Source: a bacterium
GTDB lineage: Bacteria; SAR324; XYD2-FULL-50-16
Direction: 5' to 3'
Length of the DNA stretch: 64,000 nt
NCBI GenBank assembly: GCA_032250835.1
Contig: JAVVEA010000007.1
Location: forward strand, 80,487-144,486
Made by a program: the position numbers and the translations under genes. Below, in pieces: positions 47,508 to 58,356 of this stretch; the stretch's first letter is position 1, and the number at the start of each line of letters is the position of its first letter. Below the pieces are notes generated by a model. That model was given only the letters and a program-made list of their open reading frames with translations. It was not told where the DNA came from and searched no databases.

Positions 47508-48317
47508 ATGATCGGCCTCTTGGGCCTAGGGTTTCTGGGCCAGCATATTTGGTTGCGCCCAGGCCTGCCGCCGGGTTCTTGGGGCGCGGGGCACCGCAGT
47601 GAGGCGGGTATCCCGGTCCTACCCTTTGATTGGGGCCAACCACCAAGCTGGGCGGCGCTCCCCGAACAAGGAGCGCTGGTGCTCAGCATCCCCCCTTTAA
47701 GCCAAGACCCCGAGGCCGAGACCCAGCGCCTGGAACATTGGGGCCGCTGGATGAACCAACACCGGCCAGGGCTTAAGCGCTTGGTCTACATTTCTTCGAC
47801 CGGCGTCTACCCCAACCAACCGGGTGACTACAGCGAAGACACCCCCGCTGAGCCCGACGGTCTGCGCGGCCAGATGCGGTTGGCCAGTGAGCTGGCCTTG
47901 GCCCCCTTCTTTGACTTGAAGGTCATCCGCCCGGCGGCAATCTACGGCCCCGGAAGGGGCATTCCCGCACGCATCAAGGCAGGCCAGCCGATCCCCAGCG
48001 ACTCAGGGCCCATCTACCGCATCCACGTAGACGACCTAGCCCAAATTGCGCTGCTGGCGGCCATCGAAACAAACTTTCCCCCGTTGGTTTTGGCGGCGGA
48101 CCAGGGACCGGCCAGCAGCCTAGCGGTGGCTGAGTGGCTTCTGGCCCAACCCACTTGGGCGGGCCGGGGGCTTTCCTTAAACCTAGAAGAAGGCTATCTT
48201 GCCAGAAAAGGTTACGGTTCCCACCCCGAAAGGCGCTTGACACCTAAGCGCCTTCAGGAGATGGGCTACCGCTATTTATTCCCGACCTACCAAGAAGGCC
48301 TTCAAGACGAACTATGA
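47508..48317 (+). CDS. NAD(P)-dependent epimerase/SDR-like protein (YeeZ-like)
   Basis: GLGFLG, YISSTGVY, IYGPGR, RIHVDDLA, FPTYQEG. Confidence 0.8.
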   Translation: MIGLLGLGFLGQHIWLRPGLPPGSWGAGHRSEAGIPVLPFDWGQPPSWAALPEQGALVLSIPPLSQDPEAETQRLEHWGRWMNQHRPGLKRLVYISSTGVYPNQPGDYSEDTPAEPDGLRGQMRLASELALAPFFDLKVIRPAAIYGPGRGIPARIKAGQPIPSDSGPIYRIHVDDLAQIALLAAIETNFPPLVLAADQGPASSLAVAEWLLAQPTWAGRGLSLNLEEGYLARKGYGSHPERRLTPKRLQEMGYRYLFPTYQEGLQDEL

Positions 48318-49624
48318 ATCAGCCTGCCTCGCGTCTCAAAGAAGTAGAACAGCTAGCTGCCCGCTACCCCAGCCTCCCCAAGGAAGCGATCCTCAAACAA
48401 GATATGTTGCGTTTGGGCGTGGGTTTTAGCGAAGATTCGTTGCGTATTGCCGCAGGCTTTAAGCCCAAGGATTATTTTATCTTCAGCTTCGACTTGGCGA
48501 CTTTAGAAGAGTTAGAAGCTGCCGGTGAGCATTTATTGCGGGCCCCCGAAGAGGTGCGGTTTTTTGGCGGTTCTTGGGGCTTAGCACCGACCATTTTCAA
48601 CGTCCGCTTGGCCCCCAAAAGCCCTTATCAGGTGGGGCTAGAGAACGGAAAACTGACCATTTCTTGTGGAGGCGAGATCTTCGCCGAAGCGGAATACCAT
48701 CCGGTGCCGCCCTTTTACAGCGAGGCGTTGCCTTCCGGTAAAAGCATCAACGAGACCGCGCCGGTCTTGGAATGGGGCTATTTGATTTACCTGACCGTCT
48801 ACCGGCTCTGCCAATATTGGGGCAAAGACGAGGAGTGCCAGTTCTGCGACATCAACGAGAACTACCGCCAGCAAAAGAAGGCAGGCCGGGAGTATACTGG
48901 GATCAAAAACCCTCAAGACATCTTGGATGCGCTGGACGCGATCAACCGCTTAGATACCCAAAAGACCACCCAGGCGATCACCTTGACTGGCGGCAGCATC
49001 ACCGGCCAGCTTTCGGGGCAAGACGAATTGGCCTTTTACCTGAGCTACGCCAAGGCCATTTATGAGCGTTTTGGGGAGCGGTGGATTTTAAAGGCGGTGG
49101 TCGAGGCCTTTGAAAAAGAGGCCTGCCAGCGGCTTTATGACGAAGGCGGGGTGCGGATCTACCACCCCAATTACGAAGTCTGGGACCCAGATTTATTTAA
49201 GCAGCTTTGCCCCGGCAAGGAACGGTTTGTGGGCTACAACCGCTGGATGCGCCGCATCTTGGAGTCCGCCGAGGTCTTTGGGCCCGAACGGGTGATCCCT
49301 AACTTTGTGGGCGGGGTCGAGATGGCGCAGCCCTACGGCTTTACGGACCCGATCCAGGCGGTGGAAAGTACGGTGGGAGGCCTGGAATACTTCATGAGCC
49401 GGGGCATCATGCCCCGTTTCACCACTTGGTGCCCCGAACCCTTGAGCTTTATCGGCAACCAACCGGCCCCGCCGCTGGAATACTTTGTTCATTTGCTTTA
49501 CCGGTTCCGCGAGACGGTGGACAAATATGGGCTGAAGGCCCCGCCGGGCTACGGCAAGCCGGGCGTGGGCCATGCGGTCTTTTCGGTTAGCGCCTTTATG
49601 GATGTGCTTAAGGCTGAAGACTAA
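48314..49624 (+). CDS. Radical SAM protein with non-canonical CX8CX2C motif
   Basis: CQYWGKDEECQFC, ITLTGG, NYEVWD, VGGVE. Confidence 0.8.
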   Translation: MNQPASRLKEVEQLAARYPSLPKEAILKQDMLRLGVGFSEDSLRIAAGFKPKDYFIFSFDLATLEELEAAGEHLLRAPEEVRFFGGSWGLAPTIFNVRLAPKSPYQVGLENGKLTISCGGEIFAEAEYHPVPPFYSEALPSGKSINETAPVLEWGYLIYLTVYRLCQYWGKDEECQFCDINENYRQQKKAGREYTGIKNPQDILDALDAINRLDTQKTTQAITLTGGSITGQLSGQDELAFYLSYAKAIYERFGERWILKAVVEAFEKEACQRLYDEGGVRIYHPNYEVWDPDLFKQLCPGKERFVGYNRWMRRILESAEVFGPERVIPNFVGGVEMAQPYGFTDPIQAVESTVGGLEYFMSRGIMPRFTTWCPEPLSFIGNQPAPPLEYFVHLLYRFRETVDKYGLKAPPGYGKPGVGHAVFSVSAFMDVLKAED

Positions 49625-49643
49625 CGATAAAACGTCTAAATTC

Positions 49644-50519
49644 ATGAACATTGAACCAGACAAGATACTTTATCAGTTGCCTGTAGAGGAATCGGCGATA
49701 TTTGTAGGCGATGCACTCCAAGTATTAAGCAGGTTGCCTGCCGAATCCGTACAAGCCGTAATCACCTCCCCTCCCTATTGGGGCTTAAGGGACTATGGGA
49801 TTGAGGGTCAAATTGGTCTTGAGCCCTCGCTCCCTGAATTTTTGCAACATTTGGTATCGGTCTTTGATGAGGTATATCGAGTCCTAAAACAAGATGGCTC
49901 CCTTTGGCTAAATATTGGTGATGGATACACCAGCGGAAATCGCGGGTACAGAGCGCCGGATAAAAAAAATTCGGCCCGTGCTATGTCCGTGCGTCCAGAC
50001 ACACCAGAGGGACTGAAACCAAAAGATTTAGTTGGTATACCTTGGAAACTTGCCTTTGCTTTGCAAGAAAGCGGCTGGTATCTACGCTCAGACATTGTTT
50101 GGAACAAACCCAATGCAATGCCGGAGAGTGTGCGAGACCGCCCCACAAAATCACATGAGTATTTGTTTTTGTTAACCAAGTCGGAAAAATATTTCTATAA
50201 CGGTGGGGCTATCAAAGAAGTTGGCACAAACGGTATTTTACGCAACCGGCGGACTGTTTGGCATGTTAACACGCAAGCCTTTGCGATGGCGCACTTTGCC
50301 ACCTTTCCTGTTTCGCTAATTGAACCCTGTATCCTAGCTTCCACGGAACCCGGTCAAATCATATTGGACCCATTTTTTGGGGCGGGCACCGTCGGCCTTG
50401 CAGCCGAAAGCTACCAACGTAAATACATTGGGATTGAACTCAATCCAGAGTATGTAGAAATGGCTGCAACCCGGTTGGAACCAAACCGGCCACAAATCTA
50501 TCACACCACCCTTCGATGA
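49644..50519 (+). CDS. Type II DNA methyltransferase (N4-cytosine, beta class)
   Basis: TSPPY catalytic motif precedes the DPFFGAGT SAM motif; HFATFP; GIELNPEY. Confidence 0.92.
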   Translation: MNIEPDKILYQLPVEESAIFVGDALQVLSRLPAESVQAVITSPPYWGLRDYGIEGQIGLEPSLPEFLQHLVSVFDEVYRVLKQDGSLWLNIGDGYTSGNRGYRAPDKKNSARAMSVRPDTPEGLKPKDLVGIPWKLAFALQESGWYLRSDIVWNKPNAMPESVRDRPTKSHEYLFLLTKSEKYFYNGGAIKEVGTNGILRNRRTVWHVNTQAFAMAHFATFPVSLIEPCILASTEPGQIILDPFFGAGTVGLAAESYQRKYIGIELNPEYVEMAATRLEPNRPQIYHTTLR

Positions 50520-51481
50520 ACCATTTTAATATCCCCATGCCGGAGCAACAGGTTTCCTTTGCCCACAGCTTAGAATCAATAAAATCTAAATTTCTTGGGC
50601 AAGCCCTTGCGGACGCCGTAGAACAATCTGACTTAGAGGTGATCAATAACGACCTCAAGCTTTATGCACCGGCAAACTCGTTAAAGACCCTTGCTAGCTT
50701 GGGCATTCGAGGTGAAATTGTATTTCCCACCCCCTGTATCCTGAAACACAATCCCCACCTACTGGCATACTACCGACTTTTGTTAGGCTATTCGCAAAAA
50801 GCTTTCTATTCTGCTCATTATGGCCTTTCCGGGTTCAAAGTTTTAGAAGACAAAGGCAGGCTCAGCTCGAAACTCGAAGCGAAACTCCCGCCCTTGTGCG
50901 AAAGTCTTTCACAATGTTCCGCCTTTTTACTCAACAACTTGCAAGATCAATTCAGCCTTAAGCTTGTAGAAGAACTGGTTTTGCTAACCCTTGGGCCGCA
51001 ACTAAGGGGAGGAGCGAATGTTAAAAAGGGAGAGGAAGGCATCCAACGAGTATTTGAACTGATCAAAATGATTGTCGCAGATGCGATCGTTGATAGTAGC
51101 GACAAAAGGATTAAAATAAGGAATGCGGCGAACCGAATGGTTCTCCTAGAATTTGCCGCTGACCCAGATATTGTGGTCAGAGAACCGCATGCAGGAGGCC
51201 GAAACATTCTTGCGATTGAAGTCAAAGGTGGAACCGACTTTTCAAACATCCACAATCGCCTCGGAGAAGCAGAAAAAAGCCACCAGAAAGCCAAGCAAAA
51301 CGGTTATATTGAGTGTTGGACTATTGTAAACGTGGATAAAACCAACCTTGAGATGGCAAAAAAAGAATCCCCGACTAGCAATCAGTTTTTTGTTTTGTCC
51401 GAAATCACGGACCCAGCCCATGAAGAGTTCCACCGGTTTCGTAACAACCTTACCTCCTTAACCAGCATCCATTCGAAATAA
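50516..51481 (+). CDS. Type II restriction endonuclease, XcyI/Cfr9I/XmaI-like family
   Basis: YYRLLLGYSQK, GPQLRGG.N, FAADPDI, AIEVKGGTD.SNIHNR.GEAEKSH; ATGA overlap with the MTase. Confidence 0.8.
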   Translation: MNHFNIPMPEQQVSFAHSLESIKSKFLGQALADAVEQSDLEVINNDLKLYAPANSLKTLASLGIRGEIVFPTPCILKHNPHLLAYYRLLLGYSQKAFYSAHYGLSGFKVLEDKGRLSSKLEAKLPPLCESLSQCSAFLLNNLQDQFSLKLVEELVLLTLGPQLRGGANVKKGEEGIQRVFELIKMIVADAIVDSSDKRIKIRNAANRMVLLEFAADPDIVVREPHAGGRNILAIEVKGGTDFSNIHNRLGEAEKSHQKAKQNGYIECWTIVNVDKTNLEMAKKESPTSNQFFVLSEITDPAHEEFHRFRNNLTSLTSIHSK

Positions 51482-51482
51482 A

Positions 51483-53537
51483 CTACCTCAGACGTTCCAA
51501 CAAAGCCGCCAAATCACTCTGCGCCGCTTGGCAGGCGAACTGTTGGCAGAGGTAGGCTCGGGGGGCGCCGCCTTCGGCCAGTTTGCCTCGGGCCAGGGGG
51601 AGTAGCTCTTCAAATTCCTTTTCTAAATCCGGCGGAACCCAAAGCAGGCTCATCCCGAAGGGCAGAACGGGTTCAACTGCCCGCAACCAGCTTTGGTCGG
51701 CGTCCCCGGCCAGAACTAACTGGCGGGGGTTTAGGTCGATCATACCCAAGGAGGTGAGCAGGTAGGCCAGATTGGTCCCGCCTTGGTTTAGGTCGTCGGC
51801 AAAGGCCTCGCCGATTTGGCGGACCCGTTCTTCCATTCCTTCAAAGCCAAAGCCCGCCAACTCGGCAAAGAGCCGCGCCACCGCCGAATTGCCCGAGGGC
51901 TCCACCCCGTCGTGCCCACCGAAGCCGCGGCTCAAATGGGCCCCCTGATCCTGGCGGACCTCAAAGTAGCCGCCTGCTCCGCGCTTAAATTGGCTTTCGA
52001 CCTGTTCGGCCAATTCTAAGGCCCGCTCCAACCAAAGGGGCGACCAAGTGAGCCTAAAGAGCGCTAGATAGGCCACACCTAGTTGGGCGTAGTCGTTCAC
52101 AAAACCTGCCGCGCCCAGCTGGCCTTCCATGTAGCGCCGGTGCAGCAGCCCCTTTTCGTCGCGGAACTTCTCCCAAATGAATTGGCCTGCCTGGACGGCG
52201 CGGGGGCCTAAGCGGCCCGTCTCTAAATTACCGTCTTCAAAGGCCAAGGAGCCCAAAGCCAAGGCCTCGATGGCCAGGGCGTTCCAGCTACATAGCAGCT
52301 TTTCGTCACGCAGCGGGCGGGGACGTAGGGCCCGGGCGGCCAGCAATTTAGCCTGGGCCCGTCCCAGCATTTCCTGGGCGGCCTGGGGCGACTGGCCCAC
52401 CTCTAGGGCGGCCTTGTCTAAGCTGTGGGCTTGGTGCAGCAGGTTGGCCCCTTCAAAGTTCCCCTCCTCGCTCGTCCCCCAATGACTGAGCACCAATTCA
52501 AATTCTTCGGGTTCCAGCAGCGCTTTCATTTCGGTAGTGGACCAGAGGTAAAACTTGCCTTCCACTCCTTCGGAATCGGCGTCTTCGGCACTGTAAAAGG
52601 CCCCCTCGGGGTGCCCCAAATCGCGCAACATATATTCAAAGGTCGCCCAGGCCCCGGCTTTCAGTTCTTCGGCCCCACTGACCCGCCAAGCTTGGATCAG
52701 CGCGGTGGCAAGCAGGGCGTTATCGTAAAGCATCTTTTCAAAATGCGGCACCAGCCAGTCGGGGTCGGTGCTGTAGCGAGCCAAACCGCCGCCGACTTGA
52801 TCGAAGATGCCCCCGGCGAGCATGCGTTTCTGGCTAAAAACCACCATCTCCTGGGCTTTAGGCTCACCTAAGGTAGCGGCATGGGCGAGCAGCCATTCAT
52901 GGATTAAGGTACTGGGGAATTTATTGGTCGGGTGGAAGCTAAAACCGCCCCAGCGGCTGTCGTAGATGTCTTTAAGTTGCAGATAGGTGGCTTTAAAAAG
53001 ATCCTTGATGGGCTCCAGCTTCCCGGCCGGACGGCGGTCCATCTGGCCCATAAAGTCTTCCATCTTCAGCGCTTGGGCGCGGATCTCGCCTTCACGGTCG
53101 CGCCAATTTTGGCCCAGTGTTTCGAGCAATTGGGCGAAGGAGGGAAGGCCATAGCGGGGCTGGTCGGGGAAATAGGTGCCGCCAAAGAAGGGGACGCCTT
53201 CGGGGGTACAAAAGGCATTGAGCGGCCAGCCGCCGCCCTTGCCCATGGCTTGCAGGGACTCCATAAAGACCCGGTCAAGATCGGGGCGTTCCTCCCGGTC
53301 TATCTTGATGGCCACAAAATAACGGTTTAAGATCTCGGCAGTGGCCTCGTTCTCAAAGGACTCATGCTCCATCACATGACACCAATGGCAGGTGGCGTAG
53401 CCGATACTGACCAACAACGGCTTGTTTTCGGCCTTCGCCTTGGCTAGGGCTTCATCTCCCCAGGCCATCCAGTCGACGGGGTTGTGGGCGTGCTGTTGCA
53501 GATAGGGGCTCTTTTGGTGGATCAGCGCGTTGGCCAT
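51483..53537 (-). CDS. Thioredoxin-domain protein, YyaL/SSP411 (DUF255) family
   Basis: [47 protein letters not shown]. Confidence 0.93.
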   Translation of the reverse strand: MANALIHQKSPYLQQHAHNPVDWMAWGDEALAKAKAENKPLLVSIGYATCHWCHVMEHESFENEATAEILNRYFVAIKIDREERPDLDRVFMESLQAMGKGGGWPLNAFCTPEGVPFFGGTYFPDQPRYGLPSFAQLLETLGQNWRDREGEIRAQALKMEDFMGQMDRRPAGKLEPIKDLFKATYLQLKDIYDSRWGGFSFHPTNKFPSTLIHEWLLAHAATLGEPKAQEMVVFSQKRMLAGGIFDQVGGGLARYSTDPDWLVPHFEKMLYDNALLATALIQAWRVSGAEELKAGAWATFEYMLRDLGHPEGAFYSAEDADSEGVEGKFYLWSTTEMKALLEPEEFELVLSHWGTSEEGNFEGANLLHQAHSLDKAALEVGQSPQAAQEMLGRAQAKLLAARALRPRPLRDEKLLCSWNALAIEALALGSLAFEDGNLETGRLGPRAVQAGQFIWEKFRDEKGLLHRRYMEGQLGAAGFVNDYAQLGVAYLALFRLTWSPLWLERALELAEQVESQFKRGAGGYFEVRQDQGAHLSRGFGGHDGVEPSGNSAVARLFAELAGFGFEGMEERVRQIGEAFADDLNQGGTNLAYLLTSLGMIDLNPRQLVLAGDADQSWLRAVEPVLPFGMSLLWVPPDLEKEFEELLPLARGKLAEGGAPRAYLCQQFACQAAQSDLAALLERLR

Positions 53538-53723
53538 GGGGTACTTCCGTTCGGTGGTGCAGAAAAAATCCGGTAGCGTTAATCCTACCCTAACCTCCTT
53601 AATCTGCGAACCCAAGCCCCAATTGGCTCAAATCGTAGATTTGCTTACCCAAGGGGCGGTCCCGGTTGGGGCTGGATTTTCAAAGGCCCATCAGGTAGCC
53701 TCAAAGGCCAAGGAGCAAGCGAT

Positions 53724-53927
53724 ATGATGTTTAATCTGACCAAAAAGAAAAACCCCAGCTACCTTTATCTGGTTCCCAGCGGGGAAAACTACGCCCAGTG
53801 GGAGCTGCTCGACCAAGCCGAGTTGGAGCGCCGCGCCGCTGCCAACGAGTTGGCCGAAGGGGCCCGCCTCTTTGAGATCGACCGCGAACTGACGATCCGC
53901 ACCGAGAAATCCACCTTCATCGATTGA
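53724..53927 (+). CDS. Small hypothetical protein (67 aa)
   Basis: AGGAG RBS; stop overlaps the mutS TTG start. Confidence 0.6.
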   Translation: MMFNLTKKKNPSYLYLVPSGENYAQWELLDQAELERRAAANELAEGARLFEIDRELTIRTEKSTFID

Positions 53928-56560
53928 GCGCCGTGCCCCCCAACAATGAGGCCAAATTGACGCCCATGTTACGCCAGTTTTACCAAACCAAGGCGCAATA
54001 TGCAGACTCGATCCTCTTTTACCGGATGGGGGACTTTTACGAGATGTTTGGCGAAGACGCCCAAGCGGCCTCAAAGGTCTTGCAAATCCAACTAACCGCC
54101 CGAGGCAAAGGCACGGAAAACCAAATCCCCATGTGTGGGGTGCCGGTCCATGCCTGGGAATCTTACGTCAACAAACTGACCAAAGCGGGGATGAAGGTGG
54201 CCATCTGCGAGCAGATGGAAGACCCCAGTGAGGCCAAAGGCTTGGTCCGGCGTGAGGTGGTGCGGGTGATTACGCCCGGTACCGTGCTGGCCGAAGACCT
54301 CTTGGTGCCTGGGCAGAACCAATATCTTTTGTCGTTGGTTTACCTGGAAAAACAGGAGCGCATGGGCCTAGCCTTTGCCGACCTGACCACCGGTGAGTTC
54401 GAGTTAGACGAAGTGGACACCAAGGCGGGTTTGTCGGCCTTTGTGGAACGTTATGCGCTGTACCGCCCCAAAGAAATCTTGTTCCCCTCCTCCCACCAGG
54501 AATCATACCGGGAACTCTTAGCCCGCCACATCGCCCGGTTGCCTCACTTAGAGGCCTTCGACAGCTACCACTTCAACGAAGCCCACAGCCGCGAAGCGCT
54601 GGCCCAGCATTTTGAGGTCTTAAACTTGGACGGCTTTGGCGTCGCCCCGATGGGCCTAGCCATCTCTGCCGCCGGGGGCCTACTGGCCTACCTTAAAGAA
54701 ACCCAAAAAGAAGGGTTGGTCCACTTCAACCAAATCCGCCGGGTCGCTTCGGACCGGGTCATGGTTCTCGACGAAGCCACCCAAGCAAACTTGGAACTCT
54801 TTGAGGGCCAAGGCGGCGTCGAAGGGCACAGCCTCTTGGAGCTGCTTGACCAGAGCCAAACGCCGATGGGCTCGCGCCTGCTTCGGCGGTGGTTGGGGCG
54901 GCCCTTGCTGGTTCGAGAAGAGATCGAGCGGCGGCTTGATGGGGTGCAGTGTTTCTTAGAAGAGCCCATCGCCACCCAAGAGTTACGGGCCCTGCTCAAG
55001 CCTATCGGTGACTTAGAGCGGGTCTTGGCGCGGATTAGCATGAGCGGTTGCAACGTGCCGGATTTGCAGCGACTCAAGCGCTCCTTAGAGCCCTTAGCCG
55101 AGCTTAAGGCGCTGCTGCCGCGCTTTACCAGCGAAGCCTTAAGCAGCGAGAGCCAAAACTTCGACAGCCTGAGCGACCTACAAACACTGCTGGCCGAGCA
55201 AATAGTTGAGCAAACCGGGCTGAAGTTGGCCCAGGGTGGCTTCATTGCCGAGGGGATTTCAGAAAAGCTCGATGAACTGCGGGGCCTCGCGAAAAACGGC
55301 AAGCAGTTGATCGCTAATTTGGAAGCCAAAGAGAAAAAGGCCACCGGCATCAGCAGCCTAAAGATCGGCTACAATCGGGTTTATGGCTTTTATTTAGAGG
55401 TCAGTAAGGCAGCCAAGGGCCAAGTGCCCGAGCATTACATCCGCAAGCAGACCTTAGTGGGCAGTGAACGCTACAGCACCGAGGAGTTGAGCGAACTGCA
55501 AGAGGACATCCTCTCGGCAGATGACCAAGCCTTGGCCTTAGAACTAGAGCTTTTTGAGTCAATCCGCCAAAAGGTGATCGCCCAGATCGGGCGCATCCAA
55601 AAGACCAGCCAACGGATCGCCCGGTTGGACGTATTCGCCGCTTTAGCTATCTTGGCCCGCGAGCGAAACTACCGCCGCCCAGAGTTTTTGCCCGGTCAAG
55701 CGACCTTATCGCTCAAAGGGGCCCGGCATCCGGTGATCGAGGCCATAAGCGACGAGCCCTTTACCACCAACGACCTAGAAATGGACCGCCAGGGCCGCAT
55801 CCACATCATCACCGGCCCCAACATGGGCGGCAAGTCCACCTACATGCGCCAAGCCGCTCTGATTGCACTGATGGCGCAGATAGGTAGCTATGTACCTGCC
55901 GATCAAGCGAGGCTGCCGATCTTCGACCGGGTCTTTACCCGCGTGGGGGCTTCAGATAACCTGACCCGAGGCCAGTCCACCTTTATGGTGGAGATGAGTG
56001 AAGCGGCCAGCATTCTACACAACGCCACCGCCAACAGCCTAGTGATTTTAGACGAAATCGGTCGCGGCACCAGCACCTTTGACGGGATCAGTCTGGCTTG
56101 GTCAATTGTGGAGTATCTGTTAGGGTTAGGCTCCTTTACGTTATTTGCCACCCACTACCATGAGCTGATCGCTCTAGAAGAAAAGATGCCGGGCATTAAA
56201 AATGCCAAGGTGGTGGTTAAAGAAGAAGGGGAAAAGATCTTGTTTTTGCGCAAAGTGGTGGCCGGAGCAGCCGATAGAAGCTACGGGATACAGGTAGCCC
56301 AGTTAGCCGGTCTGCCCAAAGCGGTGGTCAAGGGAGCCCAGCAGGTATTAAAGGGTTTGGATTTCGGCCAACACCAGTTTAGCGACGCCCTCGGCGGCAA
56401 GACCACCAAAAGCAAAGCGGCCCAGGTCGCGCAAAACCAACAAATCAGCTTTGAAGCGGCCGAACCGGCTTGGATCGACGAATTCCGCCGCTTTGACGTT
56501 AACGCCCATACGCCTTTAGAGGCCGCCCAATTTATCCTCCAACTGCAACAGAAAATCTAA
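53924..56560 (+). CDS. mutS: DNA mismatch repair protein MutS
   Basis: GDFYEMF, PMCGVP, TGPNMGGKST, STFMVEM, DEIGRGTST, FATHYHEL, SYGIQVA. Confidence 0.97.
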   Translation: MSAVPPNNEAKLTPMLRQFYQTKAQYADSILFYRMGDFYEMFGEDAQAASKVLQIQLTARGKGTENQIPMCGVPVHAWESYVNKLTKAGMKVAICEQMEDPSEAKGLVRREVVRVITPGTVLAEDLLVPGQNQYLLSLVYLEKQERMGLAFADLTTGEFELDEVDTKAGLSAFVERYALYRPKEILFPSSHQESYRELLARHIARLPHLEAFDSYHFNEAHSREALAQHFEVLNLDGFGVAPMGLAISAAGGLLAYLKETQKEGLVHFNQIRRVASDRVMVLDEATQANLELFEGQGGVEGHSLLELLDQSQTPMGSRLLRRWLGRPLLVREEIERRLDGVQCFLEEPIATQELRALLKPIGDLERVLARISMSGCNVPDLQRLKRSLEPLAELKALLPRFTSEALSSESQNFDSLSDLQTLLAEQIVEQTGLKLAQGGFIAEGISEKLDELRGLAKNGKQLIANLEAKEKKATGISSLKIGYNRVYGFYLEVSKAAKGQVPEHYIRKQTLVGSERYSTEELSELQEDILSADDQALALELELFESIRQKVIAQIGRIQKTSQRIARLDVFAALAILARERNYRRPEFLPGQATLSLKGARHPVIEAISDEPFTTNDLEMDRQGRIHIITGPNMGGKSTYMRQAALIALMAQIGSYVPADQARLPIFDRVFTRVGASDNLTRGQSTFMVEMSEAASILHNATANSLVILDEIGRGTSTFDGISLAWSIVEYLLGLGSFTLFATHYHELIALEEKMPGIKNAKVVVKEEGEKILFLRKVVAGAADRSYGIQVAQLAGLPKAVVKGAQQVLKGLDFGQHQFSDALGGKTTKSKAAQVAQNQQISFEAAEPAWIDEFRRFDVNAHTPLEAAQFILQLQQKI

Positions 56561-58356
56561 TGAAGGCCTTAACCCACCTACTGTTGCTTTTAACCTTGCT
56601 CACCGCCGGAGCCGGGCCGGTTCAGGCCGACTCGGTAGACCGCGCCTACCGCAACGCCGCCAACGACTATTACCGTCTCTACCGGCCCGGTAAATTCCGC
56701 GAATATGCCGACAACTGGCTCAAAACCATTGCGACCTTCGAAGAAATCGCTCAAAAACACCCCGGCCATACCCGCGCGCCCCAATCGCTTTATAATGCAG
56801 GTAAGCTTTACCACTCGCTATACAAGTGGAACCACCTAGACAGCTACTTAGACAAGTCCATCCAGTCCTACCGCAAGTTGGTGATCACCTACCCTAAGGT
56901 CCGCATCGCCGATGACGCCCAGTTTGAGATTGGCTTGATCTTTGAGGAATACAAAAACCAGCCGCAGATGGCCTATTTGGAATACCAGAAAGTGGTGGAC
57001 CTCTTCCCCCAGGGGGATTTTGTCCCGCTGGCGCGCCGCAAGCTAGAAACCCTCAGCCCGCCGCCTAAGGAGATGATCCGGACACCGACCCTCTCTAAGG
57101 CCGTTAGCCCGCTCGAGTTGACCGAAGCCCATTACGGCGGCTTAGGCGAGACCGAAGCCGGAAAGCAGGACCGAAAGCGCTTGGTCAAAAAGGTGGACTA
57201 TTGGTCTACTTCGGACTGGTCGCGCATGGTGATCAACCTACAAGATCCCGTGCGCTTTAAGTACCAAGTCCTAGCCGAAGACAAACAGCGCGGCAAAGGG
57301 CGGCGCATGTACCTAGACCTTTACAACTCCTTTTTGCCCCGCAAATTTGACAAGCGCATCGCCGCGTCCGACGGCTTGATCGAACAGGCCCGGATCGCCC
57401 AATTTGACAAAGAGACGGTGCGGATCGTTTTGGACTTGGCTAGCTTAGACCGAATCAAGGTCTATCCCTTTGAGCTGCCCAACCAGTATAAGATCGTGAT
57501 CGACATGTTGGGCACCGGAGCCATCGCTCAAGGCCCCGGCGCGAACCCGCCGGGTGAACCGTCCAGTAGCGCCACCTCAAGGGCCGCCAAGGCACCTTTA
57601 GAAAATGGCGAGGCCTATGGAGATGCGCCCAGCGCGGCGGATATGAACAGCAAAGCCGTGACCCTCTCGCAGGCCCTGGGCCTGAAGGTTCAGCGCGTCA
57701 TCATTGATCCGGGCCATGGGGGCCGAGATCCGGGGGCTCTGGGCTTTAAGCTGAGGGAAAAGGATTTGGCCTTAGAATTGGCCAAACAACTGCGCGAGGT
57801 GATTGCGAAAAAAGCACCGGGAGTGGAAGTCCTGATGACCCGCGATAGCGACCAGTATTTGAGCCTAGAAGCCCGCACCGCCTTTGCCAACAAAAGCCAA
57901 GGGGACCTGTTTATCTCTATCCATATGAATGCCGCCAAACGCAGCAGTGTCAGCGGGATGGAAACCTATTACTTGAACTTAACCACCGACGCCTACGCGC
58001 TCTCTTTAGCGGCGACGGAGAACCAAACCAGCCTCAAGTCGATCAGTGATTTGCAGGGGCTGTTGCACGACCTGATGACCCACAGCAAGATCCAAGAAAG
58101 CACCGAACTAGCCCAGTTGGTTCAAGGCGAAGCGGTTCGCTCGGCCCGCAGCAGCAAAATGATCCACCTGCGTAACTTAGGGGTCAAACAGGCACCCTTC
58201 TTCGTCTTGCTCGGTGCCCAGATGCCCAGTATCTTGGTGGAGGCGGGCTTCATCACCAACCGGCGAGAAAACGAATTGCTACGCACCTCGCGCTACCGCG
58301 CGACCTTAGCCGAGGGTATCTACAACGGCCTTTATCAATATATGGACCAACTCTGA
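56560..58356 (+). CDS. N-acetylmuramoyl-L-alanine amidase with N-terminal TPR and AMIN domains
   Basis: IDPGHGG.DPG, EKD.AL, FISIHMN, VKQAPFFVL, LVEAGFITN. Confidence 0.92.
   Translation: MKALTHLLLLLTLLTAGAGPVQADSVDRAYRNAANDYYRLYRPGKFREYADNWLKTIATFEEIAQKHPGHTRAPQSLYNAGKLYHSLYKWNHLDSYLDKSIQSYRKLVITYPKVRIADDAQFEIGLIFEEYKNQPQMAYLEYQKVVDLFPQGDFVPLARRKLETLSPPPKEMIRTPTLSKAVSPLELTEAHYGGLGETEAGKQDRKRLVKKVDYWSTSDWSRMVINLQDPVRFKYQVLAEDKQRGKGRRMYLDLYNSFLPRKFDKRIAASDGLIEQARIAQFDKETVRIVLDLASLDRIKVYPFELPNQYKIVIDMLGTGAIAQGPGANPPGEPSSSATSRAAKAPLENGEAYGDAPSAADMNSKAVTLSQALGLKVQRVIIDPGHGGRDPGALGFKLREKDLALELAKQLREVIAKKAPGVEVLMTRDSDQYLSLEARTAFANKSQGDLFISIHMNAAKRSSVSGMETYYLNLTTDAYALSLAATENQTSLKSISDLQGLLHDLMTHSKIQESTELAQLVQGEAVRSARSSKMIHLRNLGVKQAPFFVLLGAQMPSILVEAGFITNRRENELLRTSRYRATLAEGIYNGLYQYMDQL

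Noticed and set aside
48314-49624. Radical SAM gene as AmrS partner of amrB
   Set aside because: About 29 kb away, with a cysteine motif and N-terminus unlike AmrS.
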